Assembly (NCBI RefSeq): GCF_009914755.1
Contig: NC_060931.1
Reading direction: 5' to 3' (one strand)
Source: the human T2T-CHM13v2.0 reference genome, Homo sapiens
Length of the DNA: 64,000 nt
Made by a program: the position numbers and the translations under genes. Under the pieces are notes generated by a model. The model saw only the letters and a program-made list of their open reading frames with translations, was not told where the DNA came from and searched no databases. This document shows, piece after piece, positions 12,400-27,734 of the stretch (position 1 is the stretch's first letter; the number at the start of each line of letters is the position of its first letter).

Positions 12400-15300
12400 A
12401 GGAAGCACAAATTTTGCTAGTGGATCAGTAGGGGTGATGGTGAGTGGTGCCACTTACACTTCCACTCCTTGATTCCTGGACCCATGAATCCTGGCTATGG
12501 AAAAAACTACCATATATTGGAAGCTGAATCAGACCATACACGGTCTTCTGGAGAACTTTGCCCTAACCCTGCAAAGTATTGTCACCTAGTTTGTATTATA
12601 ATTGGGACTTCAAAAGGCCGTTTCACCATTCCATCAAACAAGCTGCTTCAGGATGATGGGGAACATGGTAAGACCAGTGAATTCCATGACCATAAGCCCA
12701 CTGTAAAGTGAGGGCCTCAGTCTGAGGCAATGCTGTGTGGAATACAATGATGATGGATAAGGCATTCCATGTGTCCACAGATGGTAGTCTTTGCAGAAGC
12801 ACTGCGTGCAGGAAAGGCACACCCATATCTGGAGTAAATGTCTATTCCAGTGAAGACAAACCTCTGTCCTTTTTTTGATAGAAGCGGTTCAATATAATCA
12901 ACCTGCCACCAGGTAGCTGGCTGACCGCCCTGAGGAATGGTGCCATATTGAGGGCTCAGTGTTGGTCTCTGCTACTGGCAAATTGGGCACTCAGCAGTAG
13001 CCATAGCCAGGTCAGCCTTGGTGAGTGGAAGCCCATGTTGCTGAGCCCATGCATACCCTCCATCCCTGCCACCATGGCCACTTTGTTCATGGGCCCACTG
13101 GGCGATGACAGGGGTGGCTGGGAAAAGAGGCTGAGTGGTGTCCACAGAACAAGTGGGTCATCCTATCCACTTGATTATTAAAATTCTCCTCTGCTGAGGT
13201 CACCCATTGGTGAGCACTCACATGGGATACAAATATCTTCACAGTTTTTGACCACTCAGAGAGGTCCATTCACATATCCCTTCCCCAAATTTCTTCATCG
13301 CCTGTTTTCCAATCATGCTTCTTTCAGGTCCCTGACCATCCAGTCAAACCATTGGCTACAGCCCATGAATCAGTATATAATCACACATCTGACCATTTCT
13401 ACTTCCATGCAAAGTGCACAATCAGATGCACTGCTCAAAGTTCTGCCCTCTAGAAGATTTCCCTTCACCACTGTCCTTCAGGGATGTCCTAGAAAGGGGC
13501 GGTAATGCTGCAGCTGTCGAATTTCAGGTGGTGCCTGCATATCATGCAGAACCATCTGTGAACTAGGCCCTAGTCTTCTCTTTCACTGTCAACTGATCAT
13601 AAGGAATTCCCCCATGAGGCCATCAGTGCAGGCTGGGGGAGAGAAGGCAGGGTGCAGGAGTGGAGACCATAGGCATTTGAGCCACTTCCTCATGTAACTT
13701 ACTTGTGCCTTCAGGACCTTCTCAAGCCCAATCCCATATATACCACTTCCATTTGATGATGGAATGTGGCTGGGCATGACCCACTTTATGGCTAGATGGG
13801 TCAGAAAGCACCCAGTTCATGATAGTCAGTTCAGGTTGCATGGTGACTTGATGACTCATAGTCAAACATTCGGTTTCCACCAAAAGCCCAGTAACAGGCC
13901 AAGAGTTGTCACTCAAAAGACGAGTAGTTATCTGCAGAAGACGGCAAGGTATTGCTCCAAAATCCTAGAGGCCTCCACTGTGATTCACCTATGGGGGCCT
14001 GCCGGAGGCTCTAAACAGTATCCCTATCTGCCACTGACACCTCAAGCATCATTGGATCTGCTGGGTCATATGGCTCAAGTGGAAGAGCAGCTTGCACAGC
14101 AGCCTGGACCTGTTGCAGAGCCTTCTCCTGTTCTGGACCCCACTCAAAACTGGCAACCTTTTGTATCACTCAATAAATGGGCAACAGTAACACACCTAAA
14201 TGAGGAATGTGCTGCCTCCAAAATCCAAATAGGCCCACTAGGCATTGTTCCTCTTTCTTGGGTGTAGGAGGGGTGAAATGCAGCAACTTATTCTTCACCT
14301 TAGAAGGAATATTTCGACAGGCCCCACACCATTGGACCCCTAGAAACTTTACTGAGGTAGAAGATCCCTGAATTTTAGTCAGATTCATTTCCCATCCTCT
14401 GGCATGCAAATGTCTCACCAATAAGTCCAGGGTGTTTGCTACTTCTTGCTCACTGGATCCAATCAGCATAATGTCATCAAAGTAATGGACCAGTGTGATA
14501 CCTTGTGGAAGTGAAAAGAGATCAAGATCTCTCCGAATAAAGTTATGACACAAAGCCAAAGAGTTGATATATCCCTCAGATAGGATAGTAAAGGTATATT
14601 GCTGGCCTTGACAGCTGAAGGCAAATTGCTTCTGGTGGACCTCATGGGCAGGAATAGAGAAAAAGTCATTTGCCAAGTCAATGGCTGCATGTCAGGTACC
14701 AGGAGATGTGTTAATTTGCTCAAGCAATGAAACAACATCTGCTACAGCAGCTGTAATTAGAGTCACCACTTGATTAAGCTTATGGTAATCCACTGTAATT
14801 CTCAAAGATCCATCTGTCTTCTTTGTGGGCCAAGTGGGAGAGTTGAACAGGGATATGGTGGGAATCACCAACCCTGTGTTTTTCAAGTCCTTGATGGTGG
14901 CACTAATCTCTGCAATCCCTCTAAGGATGTGATATTATTTTTGATTTACTATTTTTCTAGGGAGAGGCTGTTCTAATGGCTTCCATTTGGCCTTTCCCAC
15001 CACAATACCCTTCACCCTACCAGGTGGGGGGTGGCTCTGCCAGCTGCTAAGTATGTCTATGCCAATTATGCATTCTGGCACTGGGGAAAGGACCACAGGA
15101 TGAGTTCAGGGAATCACTGTAAGTCAGACCTGAGCTAAAACTCCATTAATCACCTGACCTCCATAAGCTCTTTCTTTAACTGGAGGATCACAATGACATT
15201 TGGGGTCTCTGGGAATCAACTTCAGCTCAGAACCAGTATCCATAGTCTCCAAAATGTCTGACCATTTCCCTTTCCCCATTGCACAGTCACCCTGTTAAAG
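12400..15300 (-). pseudogene. HERV-L pro-pol (protease, RT, RNase H, integrase), multiply disrupted
   Basis: Fragments [35 protein letters not shown]...QFAFS...LVHYFDDIML (YxDD), KIFVSHVSAHQ...NNQVD (RNase H) and HGIHWSYHVPHHPEAA (integrase). Confidence 0.9.
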
Positions 15301-15827
15301 GCCAGAGGTCTCCTTAGGTAATGATGGGAGAAAGACTGACAGCATAAATTTTCAGTAATGTTGTGAGATCCTTCCTCAAGACGACCCAGCCTCCCTTTCA
15401 CTGAAGGGGTTCTGGGTCTGTAAACTGGCACAAGCCTAGAAATTGATTGAGGAATCGTGATTCTCTGTTTTTACAATTTTAATTAGTCTTCTGTCTATTC
15501 AACCTAGAATTTTTCTGCCTATATAAATTAAGAAGGAATGCAGTAGGCTTCATATCAATTTCACTTCTAGAAACACTATTAATAGTTAGTCAATACCAGA
15601 GCAGTACAGGAGTCGGAATATTCTGACTCACCCTTTGCCTCTGCTGTCCATTACAGTAGCTACTCCCACCTGGCCTATGATGGTTGAGTGCTGCCACTTG
15701 GTCCCTGCCACTTCACAATCCAATTATTCCCATTGTATTTACATTTTGTAGTTGAGTGACTGTGGTTCCCAGTTAGATCTGACATACAGAGAAGAGCTAT
15801 TACAGAGCTCTTCAAAGACACAGATGT

Positions 15828-16854
15828 GGGAGGTGGAGCCAAGATGGCCGAATAGGAACAGCTCCAGGCTACAGCTCCCAGTGTGAGTGACGCAGAAGAC
15901 GGGTGATTTCTGCATTTCCAACTGAGGTACCGGGTTCATCTCACTGGGGAGTGCTGGACAGTGGGTGCAGCACAGTGGGTGCAGCGCACCGTGAGTGAGC
16001 CGAAGCAGGGCGAGGCATCGCCTCACCCCGGAAGGGCAAGGGGTCAGGGAATTCCCTTTCCTAGTCAAAAAAAAGGGTGACAGACGGCACCTGGAAAATC
16101 AGGTCACTCCCACCCTAATACTGCGCTTTTCCAACAGGCTTCACAAACAGCAGACCACAAGATTATATCCCACACCTGGCTCAGAGGGTCCTATGCCCAC
16201 AGAGCCTTGCTCTTGCTAGCACAGCAGTCTGAGATCAAACTGCAAGGTGGCAGCGAGGCTGGGGGAGGGGCGCCTGCCATTGCTCAGGCTTGAGTAGGTA
16301 AACAAAGCAGCTGGGAAGCTCAGACTGGGTGGAGCCCACCACAGCTCAAGGAGGCCTGCCTGCCTCTGTAGGCTCCATCTCTGGGGGCAGGGCACAGAAA
16401 AACAAAAGGCAGCAGTAACCTCTGCAGACTTAAATGTCCCTGTCTGACAGCTTTGAAGAGAGTAGTGGTTCTCCCAGCATGCAGCTTGAGATCTGAGAAC
16501 GGGCAGACTGCCTCCTCAAGTGGGTCCCTGACCCCCAAGTAGCCTAACTGGGAGGTAACCCCAGTAGGGGTGGACTGACACCTCACACGGCCAGGTACTG
16601 CTCTCAGACAAAACTTCCAGAGGAATGATCAGGCAGCAGCATTTGCGGTTCACCAATATCCGCTATTCTGCAGCCACCACTGCTGACACCCAGGCAAACA
16701 GGGTCTGGAGTGGACCTCCAGTAAACTCCAACAGACCTGCAGCTGAGGGTCCTGACTGTTAGAAGGAAAACTAACAAACAGAGGGGATAACCACACCATA
16801 AACCCATCTGTACATCACAATCATCAAACACCAAAGGTAGATAAAACCACAAAG
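15828..16854 (+). promoter_or_regulatory. L1 5'UTR: internal sense promoter (YY1 site) plus antisense promoter region
   Basis: YY1 motif caagatggccg at 15840-15850; retains the ~129-bp segment (~16598-16726) that is absent from L1PA2/L1HS. Confidence 0.8.
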
Positions 16855-17872
16855 ATGGGGAAAAAAACAGAGCAGAAAAACCAGAAATTCTAAAAATCAG
16901 AGTGCCTCTCCTCCTCCAAAGGAATGCAGCTCCTCACCAGCAATGGAACAAAGCTGGATGGAGAATGACTTTGATGAGTTGAGAGAGGAAGGCTTCAGAA
17001 GATCAAACTACTCTGAGCTAAAGGAGGAAGCTTGAACCAAGGGCAAAGAAGTTAAAAACTTTGAAAAAAAATTAGACGAATGGATAACTAGAATAATAAA
17101 TGGAGAGATGTCCTTAAGGGACCTGATGGAGCTAAAAACCAAGGTACGAGAACTACGTGACGAATGCACAAGCTTCAGTAAATGATGCGATCAACTGGAA
17201 GAAAGGGTATCAGCGATGGAAGATGAAATGAATGAAATGAAGTGTGAGGAGAAGTTCAGAGAAAAAAGAATAAAAAGAAATGAACAAAGCCTCCAAGAAA
17301 TATGGAATTATGTGAAAAGACCAAATCTACGTCTAATTGGCGTACCTGAAAGTGACGACGAGAATGGAACCAAGTTGGAAAACACTCGGCAGAATATTAT
17401 CCAGGAGAACTTCCCCAACCTAGCAAGGCAGGCCAACATTCAAATTCAGGAAATACAGAGAACGCCACAAAGATAATCCTCAAGAAGAGCAACTCGAAGA
17501 CACATAATTGTCAGATTCACCAAAGTTGAAATGAAGGAAAAAAAGTTAAGGGCAGCCAGAGAGAAAGGTCGGGTTACCCACAAAGGGAAGCCCATCAGAC
17601 TAACAGCTGATCTCTTGGCAGAAACTCTACAAGCCAGAAGAGACCAGGGGCCATTATTCGACATTCTTAAAGAAAAGAATTTTCAACCCAGAATTTCATA
17701 TCCAGCCAAACTAAGCTTCATAAATGAAGGACAAATAAAATACTTTACAGAAAAGCAAATGCTGAGAGATTTTGTCACCACCAGGCCTGCCCTAAAAGAG
17801 CTCCTGAAGGAAGCACTAAACATGGAAAGGAATAACCAGTAACAGTCACTGCAAAAACATGCCAAATTGTAA
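16855..17872 (+). pseudogene. L1 ORF1 (disrupted)
   Basis: ATG at 16855 followed by an extra A in the A-run and several stops; fragments RPNLRLIGVPE, ENFPNLARQ, REKG and YPAKLS are recognisable. Confidence 0.93.
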
Positions 17873-17935
17873 AGACGATGAAGGCTAGGAATAAACTGCA
17901 TCAACTAACGAGCAAAATAACCAGCTAACATCATA

Positions 17936-21765
<3,830 letters not shown>

Positions 21766-21997
21766 ACAATGAGAACACATGGACACAGGAAGGGGAACAT
21801 CACACACTGGGGACTGTTGTGGGTTGGGGAGAGGGGGGAGGAATAGCATTAGGAGATATACCTAATGCTAAATGATGAGTTAATGGGGGCAGCACATCAA
21901 CATGGCACATGTATACATATGTAACAAACCTGCACATTGTGCACATGTACCGTAATACTTAAAGTATAAAAAAATAAAATAAAAAAAGGCACAGGTG

Positions 21998-23298
21998 CTG
22001 CTCTCACAAATCTTTCACAAGGCATTGGTCAAGGATCCATCTTCTGGACCCTCCCAGCTGGGATGAGTAGGTCCAAAGTGACTAGTCCACTCCGCCATCC
22101 CAGTCTCTCCAAGTCTTTGGATCCCTTCCTCTACATTAATCCAAGAGAGATCAAGCATTTCCTGCTCACTTACAATGGGCCATCTTTTAATCCATATTTC
22201 AGCTAACCAAGCACATAAACTATTAAGAACCTGTTTTAAGTCCCTGAGCTGCAACATTAAATGCAGATTCCCTACTTAGTTGACCCATGTCAATAAATTC
22301 AGCCTGATCCAACACTATGTTCCTTCCACTATTATCCCACACCCATAATATCTATTTCCAGCCTGTTCTCTAGGTTTCTGTTTATACAAATTAGAAAACT
22401 CAAGCAATTATTTTTGAGTGTAGCGCACCTCCTCATGGGTCACACTCTCAACCTCATCTCTAGGGGCCCACCAGGACTTTAGTCTAGTTATAGGTCTAGA
22501 AGTTAAGGAGGGTGTTGGGGGTGGCTCCTGAGGATAATCAACATTTTCTTGCCGGGCAACTGCCTGAGAGGAAGCCATCACCGTTGCCTTAGGCAACACA
22601 GTTTATCTCCTCAGACAAAGGTGGAAAGGCTAATGGCAGCAGGGGTTGGGGAGGGGATGTTGGCACTACTTGGAAATGGGAAGCTGTTTCCTCTAGCAAA
22701 AAAGATTCATTGGAGTTTACAAACTCAGTGTCCCCAGCTACATCAGCGTTCTCCCACATACCCCCATTCCAAGTTGCAAGATCCCATTCTTTTCCATTCA
22801 GTGCCCTCACTTTAACAGTAGACACCTGGTGAGGCTGTGCATGCACTTTTGGTTGCAGATCAGCCACTTGCATGATAAGAGCTTGTGTCTGTTTTTCCAC
22901 AATTTCAGCTCTTTCTCTACAGGAGATAAGACTCTCACTCAAGGCAATCTTAGAAGACTTGAGGCTCAGTATCTGCTTCTGAAGCCGGGAGTTAGAATTC
23001 CTGAGTTCATAATTTTCTTTCATCACTTCGTACAGTGAACTTAGGAGAAACCAACAAGCTTCATTATGTTCCTTGGTTCTCCACATATGGCCAAAGGTAT
23101 TATGTATAGAGTCACTAAGCTCCTGCCTCTCAGGATTGGTGAATCAGTAGTGTCAAATGCATTTATTTTGTCTAACTCTCTAAACAGTTCATGCCAACGA
23201 CTAATAGTGTTCTCCATACTATTATAAGTAGAGTCCTTAGCATTTTGGGTATTAAGCACCGAACTCCAGAAACCCCAAAACCAATGAAAGAATTCCAT
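21998..23298 (-). pseudogene. HERV-L gag, 5' part (continues at ~15813-15400 beyond the L1)
   Basis: Fragments WHELFRELDKINAFD, ALSESLISCRERAEI...VSTVKVRALNGKEWD and WLAEIWIKRWP...VEEGIQRL match ERV-L Gag. Confidence 0.85.
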
Positions 23299-23319
23299 CC
23301 TTAATATTCTGTTCCTCTA

Positions 23320-23337
23320 GAACCACTCCTTGTACCA
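23320..23337 (-). other. Primer-binding site (tRNA-Leu type)
   Basis: Minus strand TGGTACAAGGAGTGGTTC lies 5 nt inside the 5' LTR and is near-complementary to the tRNA-Leu 3' end. Confidence 0.8.
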
Positions 23338-23342
23338 AAATC

Positions 23343-23796
23343 TGTATTAGTCAGGGTTCTCTTGAGGGACAGCACTAATAGGTTAAATGTATATATGAAG
23401 GGGAGTTTATTAAGGAATATTGATCCACACAATCACAAGGTGAGGTCCCACAATAGGCTGTCTTCAAGCTGAGGAGCAAGGAAGCCAGTCTGAGTCTCAA
23501 AGCTGAAGAACTTGGAGTCCGATGTTCAACAGCAAGAAGCATCCAGCACAGAAGAAAGATGTAGGCTGGGAGGCTCAGCCAGTCTCATCATTTCACATTT
23601 TCTTCCCGCTTTTTAGATTCTAGCCATGCTGACAGCTGATCAGATGGTGCCCAACCAGATTAAGCGTCGGTCCACCTTTCCCAGCCCACTGACCCAAATG
23701 TTAATCTCCTTTAGCAACACTCTCACAGACACACCCAGGATCAATACTTTTCATCCTTCAATCCAATCAAGTTGGCAGTCAGTATTAACCATCACA
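23343..23796 (-). mobile_element. HERV-L 5' LTR (MLT2A)
   Basis: 'tgtattagtcagggttctc'...'agtattaaccatcaca'; adjacent to the PBS. Confidence 0.93.
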
Positions 23797-24383
23797 ACAT
23801 GACAAATAATTGGAAGGATATTTGCCAATGTAATCATTTTAAAGAGGATGTGATGGTCCAAGCTAGTAGACTTCCAGCAGTTCTCAAACACCAACCTGTA
23901 ACTATTTTCTTAAGAAACACTGCTCATATCATAATATAAATAAGACTAACGTGGGACCAAAACTTCAATATTTTTTCACCTCTTATCATTATAGTATATG
24001 CATAGAAAATATACTCATTTGGAAGAAATGGGGGCATTTTTCTCACACCACTTTCAAGTGTTGTAAGGACATAACTATACCTCTGAGTTGCCCATGAGAA
24101 ATAGAGCCTAAAGCTCTTTAGCTCAGTTTTACCATGAATACATATAAAAGAAAATGACATGAATCCTAGAGGAAGGCTCTAAGTGTGTTGGGAAATGCTT
24201 TTGACTTCTTTGGCACTAACTTTCTGATAAAATATTTTAGTGAGAGGTAAATTGGAAGTTCTGTTTAAATTTGAATCATTAAAGCTTAAGAAAAAATAAG
24301 AACAAAAGTAAAAATTGGCTTTAGATATATACAGAATGATTTAAAGTTGACAATTCAGATATATCTTCATTCTTTATAGAGCA

Positions 24384-24756
24384 TCTCTTAGCCAGTTAGA
24401 ACTGCTATAACAAATTACGTTAGACTGGCTGGCTTACAAATGACAGAAATTTATTTCTCACCATTCTGGAGGCTGGAAATCCAAGATCAGGGTGTCAGCA
24501 CAGTCGGGTTCTGGTGTGGACTGTCTTCCAGTTGTTAACAACTGTCTTACTGTGTCCTCACACGGTGGATAGCAGAGAGGGGAAACAAACTCTCTAGTGA
24601 CTCAAAAGAAAATGAATCCCATTCTTGAGGGCTCTGCCCTCATTATCCCACCTAATTCTAATTAGCTCCCAAAGGCCACACATTCTAATACCATTACACT
24701 CGGGAGAAGGGTTTCAGCATATGAATTTTGAGAGGATACACATTCAATCTGTAGCA
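24384..24756 (-). mobile_element. MaLR solo LTR (MLT1A/MST-like)
   Basis: 'ctgctataacaaatta...cagaaatttatttctcac...ttctggaggctggaaatccaagatcagggtg'; TSD gagca/gagta. Confidence 0.8.
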
Positions 24757-25689
24757 GAGTAGATATTGTAATTGCTAAGGAAACCTGCAGAAAGTTAATA
24801 ATGGGCTTCATTTTCACAAGTGGGGCTTATGTTATTACCTGGTATCCTCTGTGAATCTGAGAAAAGAGCACAACTGACAACTGGAAACAGTGGTTGCAAA
24901 TAATACACAGCTTTAGTTGGTCATAAAAACTTGAGATCCTTTTCACATTTTTGTTTTGTGTAATAAGGGTGAAGATTTGTATGTGTATGAATCCACCTAA
25001 TGGAGATGAAATCCAAACCTTTTGTTATTCTTAGCCTTAGAGCCTATTTGAACTTCTCTTGATATTGGATCGGTAGCTTGCCTAAGAGATGTTTGGGTCA
25101 GTTCTTGGTGATTCCTAATCCTGGGTGGCCCACTTTTTATACCTAATTAATATACAACATCAGTCAGTCCATCTTTTTTAGGCTATGACCTCATAACTTG
25201 TGGTTAAACTTCCAAGGGTATATATGCCTTTCTGTAAAGAAGTAAATAACCATTTCTATCATAAGAAACTGATGAGATTATCATCATTATTTTATTATTT
25301 ATAGTAGTAGTAGTAATTGCTGTATATTATATATTTATGTAACCAAATCTGAGGAACATCCTATTTTGTTTATTCAGAAATTCTTAACTGACCTCTAAGG
25401 AAGACCAGGGTGATTGTCCAACGGGGTCTATTCTCAGAAATTAACTTCTAACATGGACTGACATGTCCCTCCGGGTCACATTGGGAGCTCTGTTGACCTA
25501 TAACAATAGACTCTGGCAGGAACACATGGGGCCCTAATCTCTGCAAATACTTTGTAGAACCTAAGGCATCATTTTTAAACTGAGAGGTAATACCAACTAG
25601 AGATTAAATATGGGGACATTAGAGCCCAACTAGCTGGGTTCAAATCCAGGTTCTCCACTACCTTCTCTGTCTTCCCACTACACTTCTTC

Positions 25690-26790
25690 TCTGAGATAAT
25701 GTCTTACCTCTGTCTCTGGGGCTCACTGCGCTTCAGCTCTGCCAACCTTTCAATGATATCTTGAATATGCCACACAATTCTCTGCCCGAAAAATTCCCAA
25801 TCTAGTTAATTTGAATTTGCTGTTCAATTTTCTGAAATGTTCTTCCCTTAGATATTGTCTTAGGACTCACATTGTATAGGTCTCAATCAAACAGTGTCTC
25901 CTCTTAATGGATTTGTCTGAGTACCCTGTGTAAATAGAACCCCATTATTTTCTATCCTTTTGTTTTCATGATTTTTCTGCATTTTATTTTCAAATATCTC
26001 TTAAACTGAATAATGTTCTAAACCTGATTGAACCTTCATATTCCCATTCTCAGATTACTTGTTTCTGGCTATTCTTCTCCACAGTTGCTTTTTCTTCCTA
26101 ACATTCACCAATTCTTGACACTTCATTAAAAATAAAAGAAAAACAATGAGGGAGATGGTTTGTTTTTTTTTTTTTTTTAACCTGGAGCTTTCTAAGTATT
26201 CTGTAGCTGTTGGTTTTTAACAAATATTGGCTGAATGGATCAATAACTCTTAACACTCAATTCCCTTCTCCACCCCTCTACCCTCCAGATTGAGACAGAG
26301 AAAAGCAGTGTCGGAAAAGGTAGTTAGAGTTGCTAATTATACAACTCCATGGTCATATTTCTGTTCTTCATTTTACTTGTCCTGATAAATAATTATACTC
26401 TTAATAGTCTCCTTCTAGTAAAAACAGTTTCCTCAGTTGACTTTGAAAACACTACCACTGCACCTCTCTACTTTTTTTGAGGATGTATTGCTAGCCTATT
26501 TTATCAGGGTTTTTTTTTTTTCTTGTATTTTCCCTTTAAGTGTTAGTATTCCATAGGGTTTCATTTCCAGCAATGACTTTTCTCACTCTGCCTGCTCTTT
26601 CTGAGAAATGCCAACTACTCTCATGGTTTTAAATATCCAGTTATGCTAATAGTGCCTAGTTTCTAGTTCCAGACATACCATATAACTTTTCTAGACATCC
26701 TTTCTACCTGGATGTTTCATAGACTACTCAAATTCACTTGGCCTTAACTAGGATAGTTATACACTCCACCAATCTGCTTTACTTCAAGGT
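25690..26790 (+). mobile_element. L2 fragments
   Basis: Pyrimidine-rich L2-like blocks: 'ctcactgcgcttcagc', 'tctcatggttttaaatatccagttatgctaat', 'tctacctggatgtttcatagactactcaaa'. Confidence 0.55.
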
Positions 26791-26848
26791 GCTCTCTAAC
26801 TTACTTTGTAATTAAAACACATATCTATGATTAGATCACATATCTGTT

Positions 26849-27030
26849 GAAAGAAAGGAAGAAAAAAAGAAACAAAAAGGAAAGGAAAAAGAAAAGGAAA
26901 GGAAAGGAAGGGAAGGGGAGGGAAGGGAAGAGAAGGGAAGGAGGCAAGGCAAGGCAAGGCAAGGAAAGGCAAAGAAAGGAAAGGAAAAACAAGAAAGAAA
27001 AAAAGACACAGGAAAAGGAAGAATAAAAAG
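26849..27030 (+). repeat. Polypurine pentamer microsatellite (GGAAA/GGGAA/GGCAA)n
   Basis: Read directly from the sequence. Confidence 0.9.
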
Positions 27031-27037
27031 TTATATG

Positions 27038-27388
27038 GGGCCTGGCATGGAGGCTTATGCCTGTAATCCTAGCATAGCATTTTGTGAGGCTATGGCAGGA
27101 GGATCCCTTGAACCCAGGAGTTTGAGGCCAGTCTGGGCAATATAGGGAGATCCCATCTCCACAAAAAAAGATAAACTAAACTAAACTAAAATATTAGCCA
27201 GGCATGGTAGTGCGTGCCTGTGGTCCCAGGTACTAGGGAGCCTGAGGTGGGAGGATTGCCTGACTCTGGGAGGTCAAGGCTGCAGTGAACTGTGATCACA
27301 TGACTGCACTCACTCCAGCCTGGGTGACACATTCACTCCAGCCTGGGTGACACAGAGAGACTCCATCTCAAGTAATAATAATAATAAT
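27038..27388 (+). mobile_element. AluJ with internal duplications and a (TAA)n tail
   Basis: Diverged dimeric Alu with J-type features ('ggaggatcccttgaacccaggagtttgagg', 'aggtcaaggctgcagtga'). Confidence 0.9.
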
Positions 27389-27734
27389 ATAGGAAGTTTT
27401 TTTTAATGAACATCTGTATACTCATTATCTAAACAAAAATATGTAGAATATTAAACTTCTACAGAAGCCCACTGAGATGTAATCAGTTTTCTGAATTCCA
27501 TGTAAATTATCCCTTTGCTTTTGTTTACAACCACCACCTATGTATGTCTTCCAAAAGGTACATTACTAATTTTATTTCTGTGCAAAATATATAAATGACG
27601 TCATACACTATAGTACACAGGATATACTCTTCAGTGACTTTATTTTTCCTTTCTATATTTTAGGATCAATTTATGTAAATACATATACCTACAGTTAATT
27701 CAATTGCACTGTAATAATATATCATGGTAAGAAT

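Noticed and set aside
13764-14267. 167-aa plus-strand ORF
   Set aside because: Antisense shadow of HERV-L pol.
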